In this document: one piece after another, positions 16,718 through 25,286 of the stretch
Position numbering within the stretch: the first letter of the stretch is position 1
Layout of the letters: every line of letters starts with the position of its first letter
NCBI GenBank assembly: GCA_045651025.1
Contig: JAZRRU010000070.1
Span: 1 to 41,878 of the forward strand
Reading direction: 5' to 3'
Source of the DNA: Eubacteriales bacterium
GTDB lineage: Bacteria; Bacillota; Clostridia; Oscillospirales; CAG-382
Length of the DNA stretch: 41,878 nucleotides
Notes under the pieces: generated by a model
Told to the model about the DNA's origin: nothing
The model's database searches: none
Seen by the model: the letters and a program-made list of their open reading frames with translations, nothing else
Translations under genes and position numbers: made by a program

Positions 16718-16733
16718 GTTAGCATACGCTAAC
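16718..16733. promoter_or_regulatory. 16-bp palindrome GTTAGC-ATAC-GCTAAC (candidate operator or RNA hairpin), copy 1
   Basis: Perfect 6-4-6 inverted repeat starting 11 nt after the -10 hexamer, so it overlaps the expected transcription start. The same arms recur at 17032-17047. Confidence 0.5.
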
Positions 16734-16765
16734 TATGAACGGTCAAACTCCAATGAGGTATTATT

Positions 16766-16987
16766 ATGAAAACGATGCTTGATGCGAAAATCGGCGATAC
16801 CGTAAAAGTCATCCGTGTTCACGGTGAGGGTGCTCTCCGCCGTCGCATTATGGATATGGGTGTAACGAAGGGTGTCGAGATTTATATTCGCAAGGTTGCC
16901 CCTCTCGGCGATCCCGTTGAGGTAACCGTGCGCGGTTATGAACTCACCTTGAGAAAAGAAGATATCGACAGAATCGAGATCGAATAA
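16766..16987 (+). CDS. feoA: ferrous iron transport protein A
   Basis: 73-aa FeoA-domain protein (VIRVHGEGALRRRIMDMGVTKGVEI...) immediately upstream of feoB. Confidence 0.9.
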   Translation: MKTMLDAKIGDTVKVIRVHGEGALRRRIMDMGVTKGVEIYIRKVAPLGDPVEVTVRGYELTLRKEDIDRIEIE

Positions 16988-17031
16988 CTTTTGAAAACCT
17001 TTTTAAGGTTTTCGAATTTTTATGCTGATCG

Positions 17032-17047
17032 GTTAGCTTGTGCTAAC
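17032..17047. promoter_or_regulatory. 16-bp palindrome GTTAGC-TTGT-GCTAAC, copy 2 (feoA-feoB intergenic)
   Basis: Same 6-bp arms and 4-nt spacer length as copy 1. It lies 23 nt upstream of the feoB ATG. Confidence 0.5.
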
Positions 17048-17070
17048 TCGATTTGCGAAAGGATATATTG

Positions 17071-19188
17071 ATGGAAATAAGAATTGCACTTGCCGGCAAC
17101 CCGAACTGCGGAAAAACGACGCTTTTCAACGCACTTACCGGCTCGAATCAGTTCGTCGGCAACTGGCCCGGCGTTACTGTTGAAAAAAAAGAAGGAAAAC
17201 TGAAAAAACGCGACGGTGTTATCGTTACCGATTTGCCCGGTATCTATTCACTCTCGCCCTACACACCCGAAGAAGTCGTCGCGCGTAAATATCTCGTGAA
17301 CGAGCGTCCCGATGCAATTTTGAACGTCGTTGACGGAACTAACCTCGAGCGCAACCTTTATCTCACGACACAGCTTTCCGAGCTCGGAATCCCGACGGTC
17401 ATCGCGCTTAATATGGCGGATATCGTCCGTAAGAACGGCGATAAGATCGATATCGAGGGGCTCTCAAAAGCGCTTCGCTGTCCGATTGTCGAAATATCTG
17501 CGCTCAAAGAAGAGGGAATAACCGAGGCGATCGAGCTTGCGATAAACGCCGCAATCGAACATAAAGCCGAACCGATGCATATCTTCTCGGGCGAGGTCGA
17601 GCATGCTCTCGCACATATCGAGGAAGCGGTCGTCCACGAACTCCCGAAAGAACAACAGCGTTGGTATGCGATAAAAATGTTCGAGCGTGATAAACGCGTT
17701 TATGAGGCACTTTCGATTTCAAAAGAAACTATCGAGCATATCGAAGAAGATATCGCCCACGTTGAGCTTGAATTTGACGATGATGCCGAGAGCATAATCG
17801 CAAACGAACGTTATCTCTATATCCAGCGCATTGTCGAGAAATGCGTCAAGAAGAAAAACGTCGGAAAACTTTCGGCTTCCGATAAGATCGACCGAATCGT
17901 GACTAACCGATTCCTCGCGCTTCCGATATTTGCGGCCGTGATGTTCCTCGTTTATTATATTTCGGTCTCGACCGTAGGCGACTGGGCGACGGTCTGGGCA
18001 ACCGACGGACTTTTCGGCGAGGGATTTGACCTCTTCGGTACTTGGATCGACGGTGTTCCCGTTCTTGCGGAAAAAGGACTTGATGCGATAGGCGTTAATG
18101 CCGATTGGCTGAGATCGCTCATCATCGACGGTATTATCGGCGGCGTCGGCTCGGTTCTCGGGTTTGTACCCCAGATGATCGTTCTCTTTCTTTTCCTCTC
18201 GTTCCTCGAATCCTGCGGTTATATGTCGCGTATCGCGTTTATGATGGATAAACTCTTCCGAAAACTCGGACTCTCGGGCAAATCGTTTATCCCGATGCTT
18301 GTCGGCTCGGGTTGCGGTGTCCCCGGCATAATGGCTTCGCGTACGATCGAAAACGAGCGCGACCGCCGTATGACGATTATGACGACGACGTTCATCCCTT
18401 GCGGTGCAAAGCTTCCGATCATCGCGCTCATAACGACCTCGCTTTTCGACGGTGCGTGGTGGGTTGCTCCGAGTGCATATTTCCTCGGTGTCACCGCGAT
18501 AATCGTGTCGGGTATAATGCTTAAAAAGACGAAGCTTTTCTACGGCGACCCCGCGCCCTTCGTTATGGAGCTTCCCGCTTACCATCTTCCGACCGCGAAC
18601 TCGATCTTCCGTGCGACCTGGGAAAGAAGCAGCTCGTTCGTGAAAAAGGCGGGAACCGTAATTCTTCTTTCCGCGATACTTATCTGGGGCGGTTCTCACT
18701 TCGGCTTCGTAGGTGATACGTTCACCTTCTCGCTCGAAATGGAGCTCGGAAACAGTCTTCTCGGCTATATCGGAAATGCGATAAAATGGATGTTCATTCC
18801 TCTCGGCTTCGGCTCGATAAAAGCGACTGTTGCCACGATAATGGGACTCGTTGCAAAAGAAGAGATAGTTGCCGTCTTCGGTGTACTTGACTTCGAGGGT
18901 ATTGGACCTCTTGCGGCATATTCCTTCCTTGCGTTCAACCTTCTCTGCGCTCCCTGCTTTGCGGCGATTGGTGCAATAAGCCGTGAGATGAACTCGCCGA
19001 AGTGGACTGCGATAACGATAACCTATCAGTGCGCTTTTGCTTATGCCGTTTCGCTTATGATCTATCAGTTCGGGAAAGCGATTTCGGGTAATATCGACGT
19101 CGCCGGATTCATTTTCGCCCTTGCGGTAGCGGCGTTCCTCGTTTATATGCTGGTGAGAAAACCGTATAGACCGAAAAACAGGAGTTAA
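17071..19188 (+). CDS. feoB: ferrous iron transporter B (GTPase + permease)
   Basis: G1 GNPNCGKTT, G3 DLPG, G4 NMAD, and a polytopic C-terminal permease. The ATG at 17071 (MEIRIALAG) is preferred over the TTG at 17053. Confidence 0.95.
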   Translation: MEIRIALAGNPNCGKTTLFNALTGSNQFVGNWPGVTVEKKEGKLKKRDGVIVTDLPGIYSLSPYTPEEVVARKYLVNERPDAILNVVDGTNLERNLYLTTQLSELGIPTVIALNMADIVRKNGDKIDIEGLSKALRCPIVEISALKEEGITEAIELAINAAIEHKAEPMHIFSGEVEHALAHIEEAVVHELPKEQQRWYAIKMFERDKRVYEALSISKETIEHIEEDIAHVELEFDDDAESIIANERYLYIQRIVEKCVKKKNVGKLSASDKIDRIVTNRFLALPIFAAVMFLVYYISVSTVGDWATVWATDGLFGEGFDLFGTWIDGVPVLAEKGLDAIGVNADWLRSLIIDGIIGGVGSVLGFVPQMIVLFLFLSFLESCGYMSRIAFMMDKLFRKLGLSGKSFIPMLVGSGCGVPGIMASRTIENERDRRMTIMTTTFIPCGAKLPIIALITTSLFDGAWWVAPSAYFLGVTAIIVSGIMLKKTKLFYGDPAPFVMELPAYHLPTANSIFRATWERSSSFVKKAGTVILLSAILIWGGSHFGFVGDTFTFSLEMELGNSLLGYIGNAIKWMFIPLGFGSIKATVATIMGLVAKEEIVAVFGVLDFEGIGPLAAYSFLAFNLLCAPCFAAIGAISREMNSPKWTAITITYQCAFAYAVSLMIYQFGKAISGNIDVAGFIFALAVAAFLVYMLVRKPYRPKNRS

Positions 19189-19192
19189 TAAT

Positions 19193-19369
19193 ATGGTATG
19201 GCTTACAAATAATATTTCGACAATATTAGTCTTGATTTTGCTCGTTTTGGCGGTTGTGTTGATTATACGCAAGATGATAAACGATAAAAAATCGGGAAAA
19301 TCGGTTTGCGGATGCGGTTGCGGATGTGAGAGCTGCGCCCTTTCCGACAAATGCAAAGGTAACAAATAA
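19193..19369 (+). CDS. FeoB-associated Cys-rich small membrane protein (58 aa; below the ORF-track cutoff)
   Basis: ATG at 19193 with an AGGAG RBS 9 nt upstream, 4 nt after the feoB stop. It encodes MVWLTNNISTILVLILLVLAVVLIIRK...CGCGCGCESCALSDKC: one TM helix plus a Cys cluster. A strong terminator follows. Confidence 0.7.
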   Translation: MVWLTNNISTILVLILLVLAVVLIIRKMINDKKSGKSVCGCGCGCESCALSDKCKGNK

Positions 19370-19376
19370 TCAAAAA

Positions 19377-19412
19377 AAGAGCCGTTCTGCTTGAAAAAAC
19401 GGCTCTTTTGTT
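19377..19412 (+). terminator. rho-independent terminator of the feo operon
   Basis: AAGAGCCGTT-N11-AACGGCTCTT hairpin followed by TTTGTTG. Confidence 0.8.
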
Positions 19413-19446
19413 GTAAAATAATAAAAACGAAAAAGGAGAAATAACT

Positions 19447-19674
19447 ATGTTTTTTGATAAAACCGAAAAAATCATTCTTTCCGTTGAGGGAATGCATTGC
19501 AACCATTGCAAAGCGCGCGTTGAAAATGCGCTCGCCGCAATCAAAGGCGTGAAAAAAGCGGAAGCTGATCTTGCCACAGGCGACGTGACCGTGACGTTCG
19601 TTCCTTCGAAGACCGACGGAAATGCGCTCTGCAACGCCGTTAACGCGTGCGGATTTGCGGCTAAATTAAAATGA
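19447..19674 (+). CDS. copZ: heavy-metal-associated (HMA) copper chaperone
   Basis: 75 aa with the GMHCNHC metal-binding motif. A 4-nt overlap links it to the downstream P-type ATPase gene. Confidence 0.85.
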   Translation: MFFDKTEKIILSVEGMHCNHCKARVENALAAIKGVKKAEADLATGDVTVTFVPSKTDGNALCNAVNACGFAAKLK

Positions 19675-21812
19675 AAAAAGACGTTGTAATAAAAGTCGGC
19701 GGAATGTCTTGTGTAAGGTGTTCCGCCGCTGTCGAGAATGCGCTCTGCGCCGTTTCGGGCGTCGAGACCGCTGTCGTTTCTTATGCAAACGGCAGGGCAG
19801 AGGTCAGCTTTGACGACGGGAAGACCGATTTGAAAACGCTCGAAAAGGCGATCAAAAAAGCGGGCTATTCCGTGCTTCCCGATGTTCGCTCGGCGAGGAA
19901 AAAGGAATTCCGCGCCCTTTTGACACTTTTCACTTTTTCTCTTGTGCTCTCGATACCGTTTTTCTTGATGATGGCGCTTATGATCCTTGCGCCCGAGTCG
20001 GAAATGATGCATGCTTTGCATAACGGCTATCTTCAGCTCGCTCTTGCAACTCCCGTTCAGTTCGTTTCGGGATTCCGCTTTTACCGCGGCGCTTTCTTTT
20101 CATTGAAAAACAAAAGCCCGAGCATGGACGTTCTCGTTGCGCTCGGCACTACCGCGTCGTACGTATACAGCGTTTACAGCTTGCTTTCGGGCAACGGCGC
20201 GTTCTATTTTGAAAGCTCCGCGATGATAATAACCCTCGTCTTGCTCGGCAAGATGCTCGAGGCAAAAGCAAAAGCAAAAACCTCGGAATCAATCGAAAAG
20301 CTCATGGACCTTGCACCGAAGCGCGCGACGGTCTTGCGCGACGGCAGGGAAGAGATTATCCCCGTGTCGCAGATAGCCGTCGGTGATATCGTTGTCGTCC
20401 GCCCGGGCGAGTCGATTCCCGCTGACGGAATAGTTATCGAGGGGATTACGAGTATCGACGAGTCGATGCTCACGGGCGAGAGTATGCCGATTTCAAAAAC
20501 CGTCGGCGACAAGATTTTCGGAGGAACGGTGAACGGACGCGGTTCGGTCAAATTCTGCGCCGAAAACGTCGGAAGCGACACCGTACTTTCGGGCATAATC
20601 CGCCTTGTGGAAGAAGCGCAGTCATCAAAAGCGCGTATCCAGACAACCGCCGACAAGGTTTCTGCGATTTTCGTTCCGTCGGTTGCATTGATCGCAATTC
20701 TAACGCTCGTATTATCACTGGCTTTTGAGCTTTCTCTCTCCGAGTCGATTGACCGCGCGGTCGCGGTTCTCGTGATCGCCTGCCCCTGCTCGCTTGGGCT
20801 TGCAACCCCGACGGCGCTTATGGTCGGTATCGGACGCGGCGCGTCGATGGGTATACTCATCAAAAACGCCGACGCTCTCGAGCAGGCGTGTAAAATAAAA
20901 GCGCTCGCGCTCGATAAGACGGGAACCGTCACCGAGGGAAGACCTCGCATAACGAAAATAATCAACCTTAACGATACCGTTCCCGATGCGCTGAAATATG
21001 CCGCTTCGGCGGAATCACGCTCGGAGCACCCTCTCGCGCATGTGATCGTCTCGGCATACGGGAACGAAATCCCCGAGTGCGAGGAATTTGAGTCGCTTAC
21101 GGGACGCGGTGTAAGAGCAACCGTCGAGGGTAAAAAAGTTCTCGTTGGAAAGATGTCGTGGATCGAGGAAGAATGCGGCTGTACTCTCCCCGAGGAAGCA
21201 AAAAATCTCTCGCTTTCGGGGAATACCGTTATCGTTTCCTCGGTGGATTCTGTGCCGGCTCTTGCGGTTGCCGTTTCAGACCCCGTCCGTGAGGATTCGA
21301 GGGAAGCGGTAAAACGCTTGCATACGATGAACGTGAAAACTGCTCTCGTCACGGGCGATAACGAACCGACGGCGAAGTCGGTTGCCGAATCCGTCGGAAT
21401 CGATTCGTTCACCGCAAACGTGCTTCCCGACGGTAAGGTCGAGGAGCTCAAAAAGCTTCGTTCGGAATATGGAGTCGTCGGAATGGTCGGCGACGGTATC
21501 AACGATGCACCCGCGCTTACCTTTGCCGATGTCGGATTTGCCGTCGGAGGCGGTACCGATATCGCGATGGAATCGGGCGATATTGTCCTTGTCGGAGGCG
21601 GCGTTTCCGCCGTTTCTGATGCAATTTCGCTCTCAAAAGCTACGATGCGAAAAATAAAACAGAACCTTTTCTGGGCGTTTTTCTACAACTCGGTCGGCAT
21701 CCCTCTCGCGGCGCTCGGTATGCTTTCCCCCGTGCTTGCAGGAGCGGCGATGGCGCTTTCATCCGTTTCGGTCGTTACGAACTCGCTCCTCTTGAAAAAA
21801 GTGAAGATATAA
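19671..21812 (+). CDS. copA: copper-translocating P1B-type ATPase
   Basis: N-terminal HMA (GMSCVRC), TGES, the CPC transmembrane motif, DKTGT phosphorylation site, SEHPLA, and GDGINDAP. Confidence 0.95.
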   Translation: MKKDVVIKVGGMSCVRCSAAVENALCAVSGVETAVVSYANGRAEVSFDDGKTDLKTLEKAIKKAGYSVLPDVRSARKKEFRALLTLFTFSLVLSIPFFLMMALMILAPESEMMHALHNGYLQLALATPVQFVSGFRFYRGAFFSLKNKSPSMDVLVALGTTASYVYSVYSLLSGNGAFYFESSAMIITLVLLGKMLEAKAKAKTSESIEKLMDLAPKRATVLRDGREEIIPVSQIAVGDIVVVRPGESIPADGIVIEGITSIDESMLTGESMPISKTVGDKIFGGTVNGRGSVKFCAENVGSDTVLSGIIRLVEEAQSSKARIQTTADKVSAIFVPSVALIAILTLVLSLAFELSLSESIDRAVAVLVIACPCSLGLATPTALMVGIGRGASMGILIKNADALEQACKIKALALDKTGTVTEGRPRITKIINLNDTVPDALKYAASAESRSEHPLAHVIVSAYGNEIPECEEFESLTGRGVRATVEGKKVLVGKMSWIEEECGCTLPEEAKNLSLSGNTVIVSSVDSVPALAVAVSDPVREDSREAVKRLHTMNVKTALVTGDNEPTAKSVAESVGIDSFTANVLPDGKVEELKKLRSEYGVVGMVGDGINDAPALTFADVGFAVGGGTDIAMESGDIVLVGGGVSAVSDAISLSKATMRKIKQNLFWAFFYNSVGIPLAALGMLSPVLAGAAMALSSVSVVTNSLLLKKVKI

Positions 21813-21813
21813 C

Positions 21814-21846
21814 AAAAACGCAGGTTGTTGAAACCTGCGTTTTTTA
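21814..21846. terminator. bidirectional terminator between copA and trpB2
   Basis: ACGCAGGTT-GTTGA-AACCTGCGT hairpin with a flanking A-run and T5. It lies between stops at 21812 (+) and 21849 (-). Confidence 0.8.
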
Positions 21847-21848
21847 TG

Positions 21849-23213
21849 TTAAATTTTAGGAAGAGCTTCGATGCTCTTTTTGATTTCGTCGTCGGTGGGG
21901 ACATAGTCGGTCATAGTACCGTTGTTGACCTGCTCGTAAGCGGGCATATCGAAATAACCCGTACCCGTGAGACCAAAGAGAATGACCTTTTCCTCGCCCG
22001 TTTTCTTGCATCTGAGCGCTTCGTCAACTGCGGCTCTGATTGCATGGGAGGATTCGGGCGCAGGGAGAATACCCTCGACCTTCGCGAAAAGCTTCGCCGC
22101 CTCGAAAACCTCGGTCTGCTTGTAGGACGTTGCCTTCATAAGACCGTCGTCATAGAGCTGGGAAACGACCGAGTTCATGCCGTGGTAACGGAGTCCGCCT
22201 GCGTGGCTCGATGCGGGGATGTATTCCGAACCGAGAGTATACATCTTTATGAGAGGAGTCATGTGACCCGTGTCGCCGTAGTCGTATACAAACGAGCCCC
22301 TCGTGAGCGAAGGACAGGACGACGGCTCAACCGCGATAAATTCGGGGTCGTGAGTGCCGTTTATCTTGTCAACGACATAGGGAGCGATAAGTCCTCCGAG
22401 GTTCGAGCCGCCGCCGGCACAGCCGATAACAACGTCGGGATAGATGCCGTATTTATCGAGCGCGGCTTTCGCTTCGAGACCTATGATAGACTGATGAAGA
22501 AGAACGTGGTTCATAACGCTGCCGAGAACGTAACGGCAGTTTTCTGTGTTGATTGCCTTTTCGACCGCCTCGGAAATAGCGCATCCGAGCGAGCCCGTAG
22601 TGTTCGGGAATTTTTCGTTGATTCGTCTGCCAACCTCGGTCGTCATTGAGGGGGAGGGAATTACTTCCGCTCCGAACGTGCGGATAACCTCTCGTCTGTG
22701 GGGCTTCTGCATAGCCGAGCCCTTTACCATAAACACCGTGAGGTCAACGCCGTAGAACGCCGATGCCATCGCGAGCGCCGTGCCCCATTGTCCTGCGCCG
22801 GTTTCGGTCGTGAGCGAGGTTATGCCCTGCTCTTTTGCGTAGTAGACCTGCGCGACGGCGGAGTTGAGCTTGTGCGAGCCCGAGGTGTTTGCGCCCTCGT
22901 ATTTGTAGTAAATATGTGCGGGCGTGCCGAGTGCGCGTTCGAGATGATATGCGCGCGTCGTGGGCGACGGACGGAACATTTTATAGAAATCGATGATACC
23001 CTCGGGGATGTCGATAAAAAGATCGTCCTCGTTAAGCTCTTGTCTTGCAAGCTCGTCGCAGAATACCTTCTGCAACTGCTCAAAGGTCACGGGCTCCTTT
23101 GTGACGGGGTCAAGCATAGGCGCGGGCTTGTTTTTCATAGCGGCGCGGATGTTGAGCCACTGCTTCGGTATCTCGTTTTCCGAAAGAAATATCTTGTAAG
23201 GAATCGTAGACAT
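21849..23213 (-). CDS. trpB: TrpB2-type tryptophan synthase beta-like PLP enzyme
   Basis: 454 aa starting at MSTIPYKI (ATG 23213, AAGGAGA RBS). It has the PLP-lysine context NTSGSHKLNSA, a GGGSN loop and the long TrpB2-style N-terminus. The ORF-track start at 23294 lies inside the T-box. Confidence 0.88.
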   Translation of the reverse strand: MSTIPYKIFLSENEIPKQWLNIRAAMKNKPAPMLDPVTKEPVTFEQLQKVFCDELARQELNEDDLFIDIPEGIIDFYKMFRPSPTTRAYHLERALGTPAHIYYKYEGANTSGSHKLNSAVAQVYYAKEQGITSLTTETGAGQWGTALAMASAFYGVDLTVFMVKGSAMQKPHRREVIRTFGAEVIPSPSMTTEVGRRINEKFPNTTGSLGCAISEAVEKAINTENCRYVLGSVMNHVLLHQSIIGLEAKAALDKYGIYPDVVIGCAGGGSNLGGLIAPYVVDKINGTHDPEFIAVEPSSCPSLTRGSFVYDYGDTGHMTPLIKMYTLGSEYIPASSHAGGLRYHGMNSVVSQLYDDGLMKATSYKQTEVFEAAKLFAKVEGILPAPESSHAIRAAVDEALRCKKTGEEKVILFGLTGTGYFDMPAYEQVNNGTMTDYVPTDDEIKKSIEALPKI

Positions 23214-23241
23214 TTTTTGATTCTCCTTTGACTTATTCAAG

Positions 23242-23492
23242 AAAAAACCGCAAGATATACCAAACCTTTGAGGCGATATATCTCGCGGTGCCACTCAAAA
23301 TTATACTCAGCGGGTACGTAAATACCCCTCCCGTTGACGCAGGGATTCTTGCGGCGCGGCATACTTGCAAAAACTTTCCGCCTTGCTCCTCTCGGGTCCA
23401 TTCGACGAGAACTTACCTGTCGGACTTCCACCGTCTCCGACTCGCTGAAGGCAGTAATCTTGCTTACTACTCCCGATCACAGGATTTTTAAA
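23242..23492 (-). promoter_or_regulatory. T-box riboswitch leader, Trp (UGG) specifier
   Basis: Minus-strand RNA features:
- Basal helix UCGGG/CCCGA.
- Specifier loop AGUAGUA / GAA-UGG-A (UGG at 23398-23400).
- Distal loop GGUGGAAG.
- T-box GAGUGGCACCGCGAGA (23284-23296).
- 12-bp terminator CCGCGAGAUAUA/UAUAUCUUGCGG plus U6 (23242-23288), overlapping the T-box motif. Confidence 0.88.
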
Positions 23493-23501
23493 TTTTAACT
23501 G

Positions 23502-23530
23502 ATTCTAACACTAAAATCGTTGTTTGTCAA
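23502..23530 (-). promoter_or_regulatory. sigma-A promoter (extended -10) for the Trp T-box/trpB2 unit
   Basis: Minus strand reads TTGACA (23530-23525), 17-nt spacer ending in TGt, TAGAAT (23507-23502). Confidence 0.75.
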
Positions 23531-23535
23531 TAGAT

Positions 23536-24618
23536 TTACGCCAAATACTCCTCAAGCGTCAACCCCTTTTCAAACATCTCGGTCGCGGCGTCTCTGCCGA
23601 CGTATCTGAAGTGCCATGATTCGTGCTTGATGCCCGTGATGTGCTGTGTTCCCTCGGGATAACGGAGAATAAAACCAAAACGGTGTGCGTTCGCCGCGAG
23701 CCATTTTGCTTCGGGCGTGCCGTTGAAGTTTGCGTTCGTTGTTTCAAGGTTGTGCATATCAACGCACAATCCCGACTGATGCTCACTGGTTCCGGGGTAG
23801 GAAGAATAGGTCTTTACGTGTGCAATCGCCTCGTCCTTGGTCGGTTTGCGCAGTGTACCGTTGCATTTCGCGCACTTGCCGTTCTTCATCTCATCTTTTT
23901 CGTATCTGGTGTCAATATATTCACTGCAGTTCTTACAAACGTAATCGTTTGCAAGGTCGCGGTTGAGATAGTTGTTGAACAATCCCGATTGCGAGCTGTA
24001 AGAACGGTAAGCGTTCGCAACCGTAACGTCGTCGATACCGTAATGCTTCGCTTCGAGAAGAAACGCTTCGAGTGCAAGATTTGCGGTTTTGTTTATCTTG
24101 CCCCATTCTACGGGACGTCCCGGGCGGATGTTCGAACACTTGACCATATCCTTAGGGACGTAACCCTTAGGAAGCGGGTTGTTTGCGTTAACGAGGATGA
24201 GAAATTCCGAGGCGTCGTCGGGATCGACGTATTCCTCGTATTTCGTCATATCGACCGCATATTTAACGCCGATATATTTTTCGTATGCCTCGGTCGTGGA
24301 TATCGGCTCATCGTCCGAAACTGCGGGCTCGTCGGAAGTATCTTCACTTTCCGTATCCGAAGATTCTTCTTTTGAAGATTCGTCGGAAACGTCATTGGAA
24401 ATGTCATTGGAAACGTCGGTTATTCTCGATTCATCCGTCGAGACGTCTCTGCTCTCATCGTCGTCCGAGCCGACAAGAACGCAGACCGTAATGACGGCGG
24501 AAATAGCGAGAATGAGGAAGAGTACCGCGGCACCGAGAATTATCTTCGCCTTGATTCTCTTTCTTCTTCTGCGCTTCATGACTTTTGAATGGTTGTAGTT
24601 TGGATCTTTATTGTTCAT
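23536..24618 (-). CDS. membrane-anchored M15B (VanY-type) D-alanyl-D-alanine carboxypeptidase
   Basis: N-terminal basic stretch and TM helix, an acidic Ser/Asp/Glu-rich linker, then VanY motifs (YRSYSSQ, PGTSEHQSGLCVD, ESWHFRYVG). The ATG at 24618 is preferred over the TTG at 24624. Confidence 0.8.
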   Translation of the reverse strand: MNNKDPNYNHSKVMKRRRRKRIKAKIILGAAVLFLILAISAVITVCVLVGSDDDESRDVSTDESRITDVSNDISNDVSDESSKEESSDTESEDTSDEPAVSDDEPISTTEAYEKYIGVKYAVDMTKYEEYVDPDDASEFLILVNANNPLPKGYVPKDMVKCSNIRPGRPVEWGKINKTANLALEAFLLEAKHYGIDDVTVANAYRSYSSQSGLFNNYLNRDLANDYVCKNCSEYIDTRYEKDEMKNGKCAKCNGTLRKPTKDEAIAHVKTYSSYPGTSEHQSGLCVDMHNLETTNANFNGTPEAKWLAANAHRFGFILRYPEGTQHITGIKHESWHFRYVGRDAATEMFEKGLTLEEYLA

Positions 24619-24620
24619 TT

Positions 24621-25286
24621 TCAACCTATATTAGCCGCGGCAAGAAGCTCCTCGGCCGCGCCCTTAATGTCGGATTTTCCGAGGACACTGCTTCCCGCAA
24701 CCAGAACGTTCGCGCCCGAAAGAACGCACATTCTTGCGTTTTCTGCGGAGACACCGCCGTCAACGCTGATCTCAAAATCAAGATCGTGCGCCTCTCTGTA
24801 ATCACGAAGCTCGGTGCACTTCGGGAGCATATCTGCCATAAATTTCTGACCGCCGAATCCCGGCTCAACCGTCATGACGAGAACGAGGTCGCAAAGAGAA
24901 AGGTAGGGAAGTATCGCGGATACGGGTGTTTTCGGTTTTATCGAAAGACCTGCTTTCTTTCCGCACGCGCGGATTTTTTTGAGACATGCTTCAACGTCGT
25001 GGGTCGCCTCGGCGTGAATCGTGATGATGTCTGCGCCCGCGGATGCAAAATCCTCTATGTAACGTATCGGGTCTGTGATCATAAGATGCACGTCGGAAAC
25101 GAGGTCGGTGCATTTCGAGAGTGATTTGACGACGGGCTGACCGAACGAGATGTTCGGAACGAAAACGCCGTCCATAACGTCGAGGTGAATATATTCCGCG
25201 CCGCCCTCTTTCGCAAGAGCGATCTGAGGCCCTGCTGCAGCAAAGTCGCAGGAGAGCGCCGAGGGAGAAAGTTTTATTCTTTTCAT
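24621..25286 (-). CDS. rpe: ribulose-phosphate 3-epimerase
   Basis: 221 aa with HLDVMDG, MTVEPGFGGQKF, VDGG and the overall Rpe TIM-barrel pattern. Confidence 0.92.
   Translation of the reverse strand: MKRIKLSPSALSCDFAAAGPQIALAKEGGAEYIHLDVMDGVFVPNISFGQPVVKSLSKCTDLVSDVHLMITDPIRYIEDFASAGADIITIHAEATHDVEACLKKIRACGKKAGLSIKPKTPVSAILPYLSLCDLVLVMTVEPGFGGQKFMADMLPKCTELRDYREAHDLDFEISVDGGVSAENARMCVLSGANVLVAGSSVLGKSDIKGAAEELLAAANIG

Noticed and set aside
16679-16765. Classical Fur box upstream of feoA
   Set aside because: No match to GATAATGATAATCATTATC-type sequence. The only symmetric element is the GTTAGC-N4-GCTAAC palindrome, reported separately.
17719-19506. 595-aa minus-strand ORF covering feoB, and the similar 432-aa ORF at 20204-21502 covering copA
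   Set aside because: These are antisense shadows of strongly supported genes (feoB, copA). They have Arg- or Ser-rich nonsense-like composition and no RBS or promoter context.
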